DNA of 64,000 nt, from positions 8,496,001-8,560,000 of the forward strand of contig NC_087252.1 of assembly GCF_037042905.1 (NCBI RefSeq). The letters run 5' to 3'. The DNA comes from Lytechinus pictus (lineage: Eukaryota). Shown piece after piece: positions 1 to 10,533 of this stretch (positions are counted from its first letter, which is position 1; each line of letters starts with the position of its first letter). The notes under the pieces were generated by a model, which worked only from the letters and a program-made list of their open reading frames with translations, had not been told where the DNA came from and searched no databases. A program made the translations under genes and the position numbers.

Positions 1-24
1 AATAAATGAATAAATAATCGAAAG

Positions 25-178
25 TTGTTCGTAAATTTACCCACAACTTTACGCACAACTAGAGCATGATCTTATGTGCGAAGTGAGCTACATAGGGATA
101 TTGTGGCACAAGAAAAGTCACCAGTCGTGCGTAAAGTCTTGCGTAACTTTACGAACAGCTTTAGGAAACACCAACCAG
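25..178. mobile_element. Small palindromic MITE-like element (left end truncated)
   Basis: Arm gttcgtaaatttacccacaactttacgcacaact (~27-60) is an imperfect inverted copy of agtcgtgcgtaaagtcttgcgtaactttacgaac (~123-156). Confidence 0.55.
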
Positions 179-374
179 GACACACATACACCTCACTCCA
201 GACTGGTGGTTGAAGACAATTTGTGTAATGGGTGACAATGTGTGGTTCTAGGGGTTCGAGTCTGAGGGTGAACATGATTTTTTTTCACTATCTTTTTTTA
301 CGATCAATTATAATAATTCTAGTAAATAATAGTTAAAATATTGCAAAATAAACAGATTATAATTACTTTTTTCA

Positions 375-1012
375 TATTATCTCTATCTAATCATATCCGA
401 CTATCTATCCGCTATCTATGTTATAAATCTATCTGTATGTCTATCTGTCTACCTACATGACATATCTACATGTATCTATCTATCTCTCTGTCTAATATAT
501 ATATCTGTTTGAATATGTCTCTCTCTCCCCATTCTATCTATCTATCCGCATAGGCGGCGGAAGCGGGGGACGTGTCCCCCCTAAATTTGAGGTGGGGGGA
601 CGATCCCCCCTAAATTTTTCGTTGATGACCTTTTTTTTTGCTTGTCAAAAAATTTTGGTGGTCCCCCCTAAATTGTTTGGCTTCCGCCGCCAATGTCTAT
701 CCGTATGTCTGTATGTCTGTCTATCTACCTACATTGTACAGTATATCTATCTATCTGCCTATCTATCTGTCTGTCTCATCTCTCTCTATCTATTTATCTA
801 TCTATCTATATATCTGTCTGTCTATATATCTGTCTATCTATGTTTTATCAATATAACCAACTATCATTTATCTCTCCATCCATCAATCCGTCCATCCATC
901 TATATATATAATTATCTATCTTATATGTATCTGTTTGAATGTATATGTCTGTTTCTCTATCTATCTTTCAATCTAATATTTATTTAAATATTTTTTATAT
1001 TTATCTATCTAT
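375..1012. repeat. Degenerate (TCTA)n/(TCTG)n microsatellite tract
   Basis: Continuous tcta/tctg/tata units. It explains the low-complexity YLSI ORFs at 592-987. Confidence 0.95.
549..695. mobile_element. 147-bp hAT-type MITE
   Basis: TIR CATAGGCGGCGGAAGC ... GCTTCCGCCGCCAATG (1 mismatch). Perfect 8-bp TSD TCTATCCG at 541-548 and 696-703. Confidence 0.9.
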
Positions 1013-1254
1013 ACGACAGACGACCTAATTCGTCCGTATGACGAATTAAAATCTAGTTATTATTATTATACATTTTGTATGAGAAATACTCGTGCATAAT
1101 GACTAGATGAAACTTAAATAGACTAGTAACGACAAAACAGAGAAATACGAGTCCTGCATCTGACGAACATATGGATGGAACTCAATTTTCTCTTTGTTGA
1201 TTTTTGAACAGATGACATTGAAAGGATGTTTGTCATTTACTGCGCACGTACGCC

Positions 1255-1330
1255 ACGTTGATCTGGGGAATTCCAATATGACGACACGGTCATGTGAACG
1301 CGGGTCAAATGTAACGTGGTTTTCCCCGTA
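1255..1330. promoter_or_regulatory. Candidate enhancer with two NF-kB/Rel-type motifs
   Basis: GGGGAATTCC (1265-1274) and GGTTTTCCCC (1318-1327). Both motifs and their spacing are preserved in the paralog (20071-20080, 20124-20133). Function is inferred only. Confidence 0.4.
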
Positions 1331-1892
1331 CAACCAATATTTTTCTTCCAGACTACTGTTTTCTGTTTTTTTTTTTTAGTTCCAGATAAAGGTAAAATTA
1401 CAGGATTCATAAGTTTGGAATCTAGACCATGAGCAATTTCATGTTTAAAAGTGTACTAGGCTGCAAATAATATGATTTGAACAGAAAAGGCAAAATCAGT
1501 CAAACAAAACACTGAAATTTCATCAGAACTCTATTCATCCGTTATATATTCTTTGCTGGAACTTATTTCAGTTATAAGGGAGACATATCATATACACATG
1601 TAGGCCTATATATGATAATATGAGAAAAAAGTACGATTTCATGCAATAACATGTTGTTGAAAAAAATTGACCTTCGGAAAATTCCTCATGAAATGCACCC
1701 CTTTTTATCGCTTGAAGATAACATTCTTTTAAACTGTCATTTGAGTTAAGCATATGGTTGGTATTATTGATAAAATGCTTCCACTACAACTATATTATTA
1801 TATATTACATTTTTACACACTACCTTTTATATTTCATACACTGAATGCAGAAATAAAAGCAAGCAATAAACCAATCAATCAATCAATCAATC

Positions 1893-2440
1893 AGTTTGCT
1901 TGAGTCCACGACGGCATGTGTTCTAACTACGTACAGCAGCACCCATCCATCTTCTCAGGGCATTCTCCCCCCTTTTTTTTTCTTCTCTTTTTCTGGGGGG
2001 GGGGGATGGGAAGGGTATATATTTTTAGGACGGGTTGTTTTGTCCTTCACCAAACTATATATTTTTGATTAACTTTGTATTTATTTTGTGAGTATTTCCC
2101 TCACATTTATTCATTCTTTTCTCATTTGATTATCCGTATTTATACTTTGTTATTTTGTTATTTGTTGTGTTATCTATTTCTTAAGGGGCCCACATTGTAC
2201 AAGCATTGCTTTTTAGTGGGTCCCTCCATTTCCATCTTAATTTAATTTCTATTGAAAAATAGTATACATATTTAAAATCTACAATGTGTTGCCCAAATTG
2301 TCTAAGTGTTTTTTTTTTTCACAACATATGTATTATTAATTTTGTTTGCAACGGATACAAATATTTATGTTTATATATGGTATACAATTTGTTTTTGTTT
2401 TGACGGAAGTGAATAAATAAATTTGAATTTGAATTTGAAT
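1893..2440 (+). mobile_element. 5'-truncated non-LTR retrotransposon 3' UTR inserted in an (ATCA)n microsatellite
   Basis: Flanked on both sides by (aatc)n. Has stem-loop ggggcccac...gtgggtccc, AATAAA and an (ATTTGA)n tail. Absent from the paralogous site ~29040-29090. Confidence 0.6.
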
Positions 2441-2688
2441 CAATCAATCAATCATTAAACAGAGCGATATGTTATCATGGAAATGGGATGAGAGCAGGAA
2501 TTTTTCCATCCCCAAGGACACTGTAAGGTGAGAGTGAAATGCATCTTTTAGTGCTTCTTTGCTGAACAAAGTTTTCTATTAATTCTACGACGTACTCCGT
2601 CATGGGCAAACTTAGATCAAACACAATAATTTCTACAAAAAGTAAAAGAAAATCACCATCAGTGACTAATGTGCATGGATTTCACAAC

Positions 2689-3753
2689 CAGGCGCGGATC
2701 CAGGAGGGGGCCGAGCCGGCCCCGGCCCCCCCCCTATTTTTTGACAACCTGCAGAAAAAGTGTACTCTTTAACTTAATAGAAACTATGAAAAACAGAAAG
2801 AAAAGTAAGAAAGAGGTATCATACCCATGATGTGTAATTTACAACCTCGTAACGGCCGGCCCGACCCCGAAAGGAAACAATAAAAGGGTGAGGGTAAGAA
2901 TTGGAAAATAAACTTTATATAAAAAATTTCGCTCGCGCTTCGCGCTCGCATTGCTTGTGTAATGAATCCCATTCAAGAGGATTAAATGGCACTTATATAT
3001 CCAGATCTGAAATCAATTTGCACACAATATTTTAGCTCGCACATCAAGCTTTATTATTTTGTCTGTTTTACACAAATTGTTTATATCAAAATTTTCAGCT
3101 CGCGCTGCGCGCTCGGATTGTTTGATTTGTGAGTTACCTATCCTCTTTAGAAATTCTTACCAAAATATGTCAAAATGCTCCTTTATCATGTCAGTATATA
3201 AAAAAATGAGCTCGTGCTTCGCGCTCGCATTTAATTGTTTGAGACACACAGCTTTTTCTGTATTTAAATAAAAACCCGCTTAGACTGTCCAGTTTTCAGG
3301 TCGGAATATCAAAAAATTTGAGCTCGCACTTCGCACTCTCATTATTTAATTGGTGATACATGTATCATTTTCATTAATCACTAAAAACAGTCCTAATTGA
3401 GTCCCTTTTCACGTTACTATGATAAAATTTCGGCTCGCGCTTCACGCTCGCATTGTTTAGTTGGATACTTATCTTTTTCATAATTATAATTCTCTTCAGA
3501 ATCTTCAGGTCTAATGACATGAAATATCAAAGAATTTGAGCTCGCGCTTCGCGCTCGCATTATATATTAAGACCACACTAGATACCTTATCTTGTTTATA
3601 ACAATAAAAACTAACATATACTTAAAACTTCAGTGTCTCGTTAGGACTACCCCCTAAAAACCGAAAAAAATCAGATTATAGCGGCCAATCGAGAAAAACG
3701 TTGATGAAAATATTTTTCGGCCCCCCTATTGGCGAAAGCTGGATCCGCCCCTG
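2689..3753. mobile_element. Non-autonomous TIR DNA transposon (hAT-like termini, 5-bp TSD)
   Basis: CAGGCGCGGATCCAG ... CTGGATCCGCCCCTG. ACAAC is duplicated at 2684-2688 and 3754-3758. The empty paralogous site at ~29301-29320 reads gatttc-aaaac-aagtttcaa. Confidence 0.88.
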
Positions 3754-4077
3754 ACAACAAGTTTCAATTTACTACGAATATACGCTTGAATCAAAGAAGA
3801 GGAAAATTTAACCTAGGAAAAAATATTTGCCTTTACAAAAGGCGGGGGAGTATTATGTGGGCCATATTATATGGAATGTGGTGAAATATTATTCCATTGT
3901 TGTTGCCTTATGTGATTCAATTAAGAGTTTCCATAATGTCAAATATCAGCAGAAATCCAATGAAGTTTGCAGTTCTTATTTACAAAATCTTTAAAACAGT
4001 TATGTTGGCTGCAAATAATTTCATGATCTTTGAAGCTCACCAACAAGAAATGAATGGAATTTTTACATTTCTTTATA

Positions 4078-4884
4078 CAGTGCGTCCCACAAAAAACGAA
4101 ACCGAGATTTATCATTACCTAATCACAAATACAATAGACAAATGACCTACCATTTAAAAGCTTAAAATCTCCTCTTTCATCTGAAATTACTTAGAGTATT
4201 TCTCATTCACGCATGAGTGAGCAAAACCAATTTGAAGAGGGGATACCAAAAACTCATTTGGCGGGGTGTATCAGGGTATCAAAAGGAAAACCACATTCTT
4301 AAAAAGTTTAATATCTGCTCTTTAATTTGATACCTCAATTACAGAAAATGGTCAAGAAATAACAAAGTTCTGGTTCTTTGAAATAAGGCTTGAATTTCAA
4401 TAATTTCATAAAAATAAGAGGTTCTGCAGGCTAGCCTTCAAACTCACAAGACACTCCGTTTTGCTGACGATCAGCCATGCATTAAGTTTTCTGTTAACCA
4501 TGCGATAGCTTCTGTGGGAAACCGGTGAAAACACGTTTATTTAATGCAATTATGGAAATACAAGCACTGTTTCGAGGGAACATTACTTTTTTACTTCTTG
4601 ACCATTTTTTGTGATTAAGGTATCAAATAAAAGAGCAGATAATGAAAATTTTAGGCATGTGATTTTCTTTTTGAAATTCAAATACCCCAAGTCAAATGAG
4701 TTTTTGGTATCCTTTCTTCAAATTGTTTTTGTTCACTCATGCGTGAACGGGGAACAATGTAAGTAATATCAGATGAAAGAGGAGATTCTAAGCTTTACAT
4801 TGGTAGGTTTGACTATTGTATTTGTGATAAAGTTATGATAAATCATCGCTCAATCTCGGTTTCGTTTTTTTCTGGGACGCACTG
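4078..4884. mobile_element. Tc1/mariner-type MITE with long inverted arms
   Basis: TA|CAGTGCGTCCCACAAAAAACGAAACCGAG ... CTCGGTTTCGTTTTTTTCTGGGACGCACTG|TA. Inverted similarity extends ~300 bp inward. Absent from copy B (~29605). Confidence 0.9.
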
Positions 4885-5359
4885 TATAATAATACCCGGG
4901 GCGCTCCCAAATTTCTTTCCAATTGAATTAAAGCAGTATTATTGAATTGCATGACCCAGACCATTCAATGTAATATGTATTTCCATATTCTTCCCATTGG
5001 CGTCTCCACAATATGAAATAGTTTTATCATTAACATTCTGTTTTGGACCATTTCCTCAATCACATGTATTCCCAGCCTGTAGAAAACCTTACAAATGAGT
5101 TACTGGTAATACATCCTTGTTTCGCTTTCACTATATAATTTGTACGGGCAGCTCACACACTCCTAAATCCATTTCGTTATAATAAAATTTTTTCGAACAT
5201 TTGTAATTGCTAGACATTTCAATGAGGTTTGTTATGGAAATAATTGTTTATAAATTGGAGGCGTGTCCGGCTTAAGATTTTGACTATGTTCCAAACCAAG
5301 TGTGAAAATCATCCCATTTCATGCTATGTAATATGTTTTAAACCGTTTTTATAAATGAA

Positions 5360-6069
5360 GAGCTGTGTTGCAAAAGGGATAAGGTACATTTTCATCAAAT
5401 GTATAGAATTTTAGTAGTTCTATAAGATGATACCAAAGAAAACTTGAAATTCCCATTAAAAAGTGAACAAAAATGGCAAAGAAAATCACTTGTTTAAAAG
5501 GGGTTAGGTCCATTTCAGTTTGGTTGCAAAAGGGGATAGGTCCACAATGATATGTTTTTGGAAAAGAATATTTTCTAAAAATATGAAGACAGGTAGAATT
5601 ATTTTAGACCCATTTTTATGTTTCCATGGTAGGGTATCAAGAAAATTTGTTTTCGTATAATAATATTGCAGTATGGGATTAGGCCCATTTTTAAAAATAA
5701 ATTTTATTGTTTTCTGTCTCAAAACCTATAGATTTTTAGTCACTCTGATGATACCAAAGAAAATTTGAAATTCACATCAAAACGTAAAAAGTGACAAAGA
5801 AAAATCACTTTTATATTCAAAAGAGATTGGATTTATTTAAGTTTGCTTGCAAAAGAGGTTAGATCCACAATGAAATGTTTTTAAAAAATATAGGAAAAAA
5901 AAGGAATACAGGTAGATTTCTTTTATACCCAATTTTATTTTTGACATGATAGGGTAGTACATCATGACAATTTAGCTTCTCGTAAGAATATAGCAATAAG
6001 AGAGAATAAAAAACGTGATTTTTCTCGGTCTGATCCAAAGTGGACCTAACCCCTTTTGCAACCAAACTC
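5360..6069. mobile_element. Non-autonomous TIR element with GAG...CTC termini and an internal ~330-bp tandem duplication
   Basis: GAGCTGTGTTGCAAAAGGG ... CCCCTTTTGCAACCAAACTC. The motif ttgcaaaag recurs at ~5368, 5525 and 5848. TSD not resolved; superfamily uncertain. Confidence 0.55.
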
Positions 6070-6267
6070 TTTAAATATTGATATATACGAGTAACGGAGT
6101 CTCGCCTGCATTACGCGATTCATTATAGATAGAAGCAACGCTAACTTTTAAACAAGCTATGATGAATAAATTTTCGAATTGGGAGAGGGGAAAAAACAAC
6201 ATTTGTTTGATAATGAAGTGCTAAGGTTTATGGACCTCAAAGTTATGGGAGAATATAAGGCCTATAA

Positions 6268-7220
6268 ACAACAAGTGAAACGCCACTGGCAGTCTCGCCT
6301 GCATTACGCAATGCCTTTGACCTTGGCCATGTTTCTGAAACACACACAGGGTATTCAGTGATACATTGCTGCTCTTATGTCCAAGTTTCATGAACTAAAT
6401 CCATAGACTTTTAAAGTTATGATGACAATTCCACAAATATCCCCAACATTACCCAAGTTTGTTGACCCTAAATGACCTTTGACCTTGGTCATGGGGCCTA
6501 AAATTAGCACAGGATATTCAAGGATACTTGATTGCTCTTGTGTCCAAGTTTCTTGAATTAGATCCATAAACTTTCAAAGTTATGATGACAATTACTCAAA
6601 TACCCCAATATAGCCAAAGTTCGTTGACCCTAAGTGACCTTTGACCTTGGTCATGTGACCTGAAACTCGCACATGATATTCAGGGATACATGGTTGCTCT
6701 TATGTCCAAGTTTCATGAACTAGATCCATAAACTTTTAAAGTTATGATGACAATTCTTCAAATAACCCCAACATGGCCAAAGTTTGTTGACCCTAAGTGA
6801 CCTTTGACCTTAATCATGTGACATGAAACTCAGGCAGGATATTTAGTGATACACTATTACCCTTATGTCTAAGTATTATGAACTAGGTTCGTATACTTTT
6901 GAAGTTATGACATTTCAAAAACTTAACCTTGGTAAAGATTTCGATATTGATTCCCCCAACATGGTCTAAGTTCATTGACCCTAAATGACCTTTGACCTTT
7001 GACCATGGTCATGTGACCTGAAACTCAGGCAAAATGCTCGGTACTACTAGATTACCCTTATGTCCAAGTTTCATGAACTAGGTTCATATACTTTTTAAGT
7101 TATGATGACATTTCATAAACTTAACCTTGGTTAAGATTTCAATGTTGACGACGCCGCCATCGCCGCCGTCGGAAAAGCGGCGCCTATAGTCTCGCTCTGC
7201 TATGCAGGCGAGACAAAAAT
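6268..7220. mobile_element. Helentron-associated (HINE/DINE-like) non-autonomous element with internal ~160-190-bp tandem repeats
   Basis: Subterminal inverted repeat GTCTCGCCTGCA (6292-6303) / TGCAGGCGAGAC (7203-7214). Terminal hairpin gtctcgc...gcgagac, A-rich flanks, no TSD. About 5 units containing tgacctttgaccttggtcatg and tgtccaagtttcatgaactag. Confidence 0.75.
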
Positions 7221-8254
7221 CCATCTAATACTAATGACAGAGAATATAGTGAACATAATATCCTAAGTCGTTTTAAATCATGGTACAATCTGACACGTTG
7301 GAAGAGGAAGGAAATGGGCACATATACCCCAAAAAAAAAAAAAAAAAAAAAAACACCTGGCACGTTAGAAGGGAAGGGGTACTAAAATAAAACGAGGAAA
7401 TGAAAACATTGAAAATGAATCAACACTCGATCCGGACCAGAGACGTGATTAAGATAAATGGAAGAGTGACATTGATTAAAGTTAAACGAGGCGGTCTCAA
7501 GCAGTAAAGTTTTATTTATAAATGAGTTAAATACGGGGCACTTCAATCATCAGGAAAAACAATATCATTTTACAATATGAAGGTAAAGTGCGTCAATCGA
7601 AATAGACAAGCTGGATGGAGCTCGTATAAGAGAAGAAGGGGATTTGTTTTAAATGCAAAAGGGGGATATAAAAAGGATAAAAGACTCTTCTTTAATGGAG
7701 CTGTGAAGAAATATCGTGATATTTACTTGATGTAATGAAAGTACCTTAAAAGTAATATGAAGTTATATCAAGGTGATTAAACAAATCATTTATCTTACTT
7801 ACACCCCCTTTACTAAATTATATTAGATTAACTTAAAATGATTAAACTGAATTAATGAGCAAATAGTTCATGTGTGCAAAATTGAGGAAGGGCGGGAGGT
7901 TTTAAGATTTTCAAGATTAAAACAAAATATAGTTACAAAATAACAAATCAATATTTAGCGGACATGCACCTCGTGTAAGACATGAACAAATATTCAACAT
8001 GAAAATGAGTTTAAGGGTAAAACAAGGAGCGGATTTGTAAAGAACTTGTCTGAGATTTACAAATACACATATAAAGAAAAAAAGGTAATAAGTATATTGT
8101 AAAATGTTTTTTTCTCATCTTCAACATTTATCGTTCAAATGAAGGTGAAAAAAAAATCAATGAAATCACACAATGTATGCCTACATAATTATACATGATG
8201 TAGTGACTATGCAAGATTTAGGCGCTCTCACCTATAACGGGCCAGTAATGCCAT

Positions 8255-8556
8255 AAGCCGTTATTCATTTACTCATTCGAGTAAGTGAATGATTTGTACG
8301 TAGAGTACGAGAGTGAGTGATTGAACAATTATATCCAATCAGACAGCTGGAATCGTTGTCGAGACCCCGCTCACTGGGGTGATCTCGACAACGATTCTCG
8401 ACAACGATTCTCAACAACGATTCTCGACAACGATTCTCGACGACGGTTCAAGTTCTCTGATTGGATCACTTACTCTCCCGAGTAAGAGATGGTAAAATAC
8501 GTACAAACCATTCACCTTCTCGACATGCTCGTGTGAGTGAAGGAATGACGACATGA
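8255..8556. mobile_element. Degenerate palindromic MITE with internal 13-bp repeats
   Basis: Inverted arms (gtgaatgatttgtacgta / tacgtacaaaccattcac; atccaatcaga / tctgattggat). About 5 copies of ctcgacaacgatt at ~8383-8447. Absent from copy B. Confidence 0.6.
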
Positions 8557-8603
8557 ACGGTCCGTCATACCCATCCGCTATTTACTTGCTTGACTATACT
8601 TAC

Positions 8604-8799
8604 ACGTTGCCTTGCCGAATAACCCCATGGAAATAATGAAGATAACCATGACTTGATAAGTTATGGATGATGTGCATTTGAGAGGCCTGACATCGACGTT
8701 GTCAGGTTTAGCATTCTGTAATCCTTGTCTGAGTTTGCGACGCATGTATGAAGAACGACTATCGGGGAGAATTTCTCCATTCCATGACGGTGCTGCCAT
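8604..8799 (-). CDS. Putative first coding exon (N-terminal tail + hydrophobic anchor of a type II membrane protein), copy A
   Basis: ATG at 8799 (alternative 8745). MAAPSWNGEILPDSRSSYMRRKLRQGLQNAKPDNVDVRPLKCTSSITYQVMVIFIISMGLFGKAT, then a consensus GTAAGT donor in phase 1. Frame, both ATGs and the donor are conserved in the paralog at 37548-37749. Confidence 0.65.
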
Positions 8800-9143
8800 T
8801 GTAAGGTTTATATCAAATGAACATTCACCGTTGAGAATGTGATCCTTAAGCTTGATAGGTGACCATTATGGTGTTATCATTTACCAGTGAAACGGTTCTT
8901 TCTTGTACCATCGAAAATAAAGTTCAGGAAATGCAGCCTGAGAATTAGCTACATGCAAATATTGGAACAAATGTGGTCAATGGTACGATATTAATGGCGC
9001 GAAATAAAAAGCATCGATGCATTTGAATAGATTCACGATCACAGGCGTTTACGTGTCATATCTAGTCTTGTCCTAAAGCTGATGTATTTTTCCTCATTTG
9101 ACAATGCACACAATTTATCAAAATTATTCTCATGGATTTCCTA

Positions 9144-10228
9144 CATGGGCGGAAATCTCTCCTCAAAGGCGAGGACACAATCGAGTTTTCAAATGTTCTT
9201 ATACACCCTCACACACACACCCACACACCCACACACACACACACACACACACACGAATATACCATATATATATAACAGGCACTTCTTAGCATGATTCTTA
9301 TAAAACAAGAGATATATAAATAACTAGTGCGAAGCGCGAGCTTTTTTTAATTTTATTTTATGTATTTTGTCCTGAAAATATAACATTTTGAGCAAAGTTT
9401 GTGATCCTCAACAAGATGCGTATATAAAAAATGGCAATTTTGATATTTAGACCATATTAAAGACCAGACCATACAGATTTGTAAATCGAACAAAATAAAG
9501 GAAGCTTGATTTCGAGATATGTTGTGCATAACGATTTAAAAATTGATATGTTAAGTTATATATTAGCCTATTGAGCAAGATAAATAGGCATATCTCATAG
9601 AATAAGATTTCCGGACCTTTATATGTATTTCTGTTAAATGTAAACATATTTTCATGATGAATGTGCAGTGTGTTTCGGGTGAGAGGTGATCAATTATTGT
9701 TGGAGTGGCCTTGTTCGGTGCTCATTTGTTCTTTGCTGCTGCAAGTGTCGGCGGCGGAACGGATGGGTGTAGGACATGGCCACTCTAGTATCGGTTGCCT
9801 TTTGCTTGAAACGCCCTGTAGGCCTATACTTTGTACAAAATTATGCTATGTGTGTATGATATGTTATGTCATTTATATCATTGTTAAAATGTTTATGCAA
9901 ATATATGCCCTATCGGAGGGAAATAAATAAAAGCTTTAAAAAAAAATATCATAGAACAGGCAATGCAAGCACGAAGCGTGAGCAAAAATTTGAAACATGA
10001 AAGATGTTTTCCCCTCACCATATTTTATTTACTTGTCTTCCTTCACTTGTTTTTCCTCTTCTATTTTCCTTCTCTCTTTCTCTCTTTCTTTCTTTCTTTC
10101 TTTCTCCCTTTTTGTTGTTGTAGCTCCTACCACTAGTGAAGGGGGGGGGGGGGGGGGGGACATTGCTTTTGTGTCCTCATTTCAAGGGGGGGGGGGGGAG
10201 TCGCGTCCCCCCGGGATTTCCGTCCATG
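9144..10228. mobile_element. Non-autonomous hAT-type element
   Basis: TIR CATGGGCGGAAATC ... GATTTCCGTCCATG. Degenerate 8-bp TSD atttccta/attccata; the empty paralogous sites read attcccta. Contains a (CA)n tract at ~9210-9254. Confidence 0.8.
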
Positions 10229-10533
10229 ATTCCATATAGGGCCTGTATATGCTATTGGGGATATGTGATGCCATACATGCAATCTGACCTATGGATTTTA
10301 TGGATTTTCAAGCCTTGATGATGTATTTGTTTTTATTAGACTATGACCACTTTAGATATGCATTCAGAAGTACATGATTTGATCAACCGTCTGGAGAGAT
10401 TTACTCTGACCGAGATACGGGCCGAGATACATCTGGAAACCAGTATAGGAGTAGGCCTATTTATTGTCGGAGGAAGGTCGGAGTAATTATGTCCAGACGG
10501 GCACTACTCCGACCTTTCCACCGGTCCTTCCTC

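Noticed and set aside
592..987. YLSI-rich membrane-protein ORFs
   Set aside because: Translation of the (TCTA)n microsatellite.
1103..1333. Conserved A/B block as a coding exon
   Set aside because: No conserved splice sites identified, and the paralog has a deletion of about 14 bp that would shift the frame. A regulatory reading fits better.
2931..3560. CRISPR array (regularly spaced palindromic repeats)
   Set aside because: Eukaryotic context, no cas genes, degenerate repeats, and ~90-bp spacers that are mutually related. The array lies inside a TIR/TSD-bounded transposon.
3780..3830. Conserved acceptor-like ttttttcctAG (minus strand) as exon 2 of the short-exon gene
   Set aside because: Joining in phase 1 gives an immediate TAA in both copies, and no second exon could be identified with confidence in the window.
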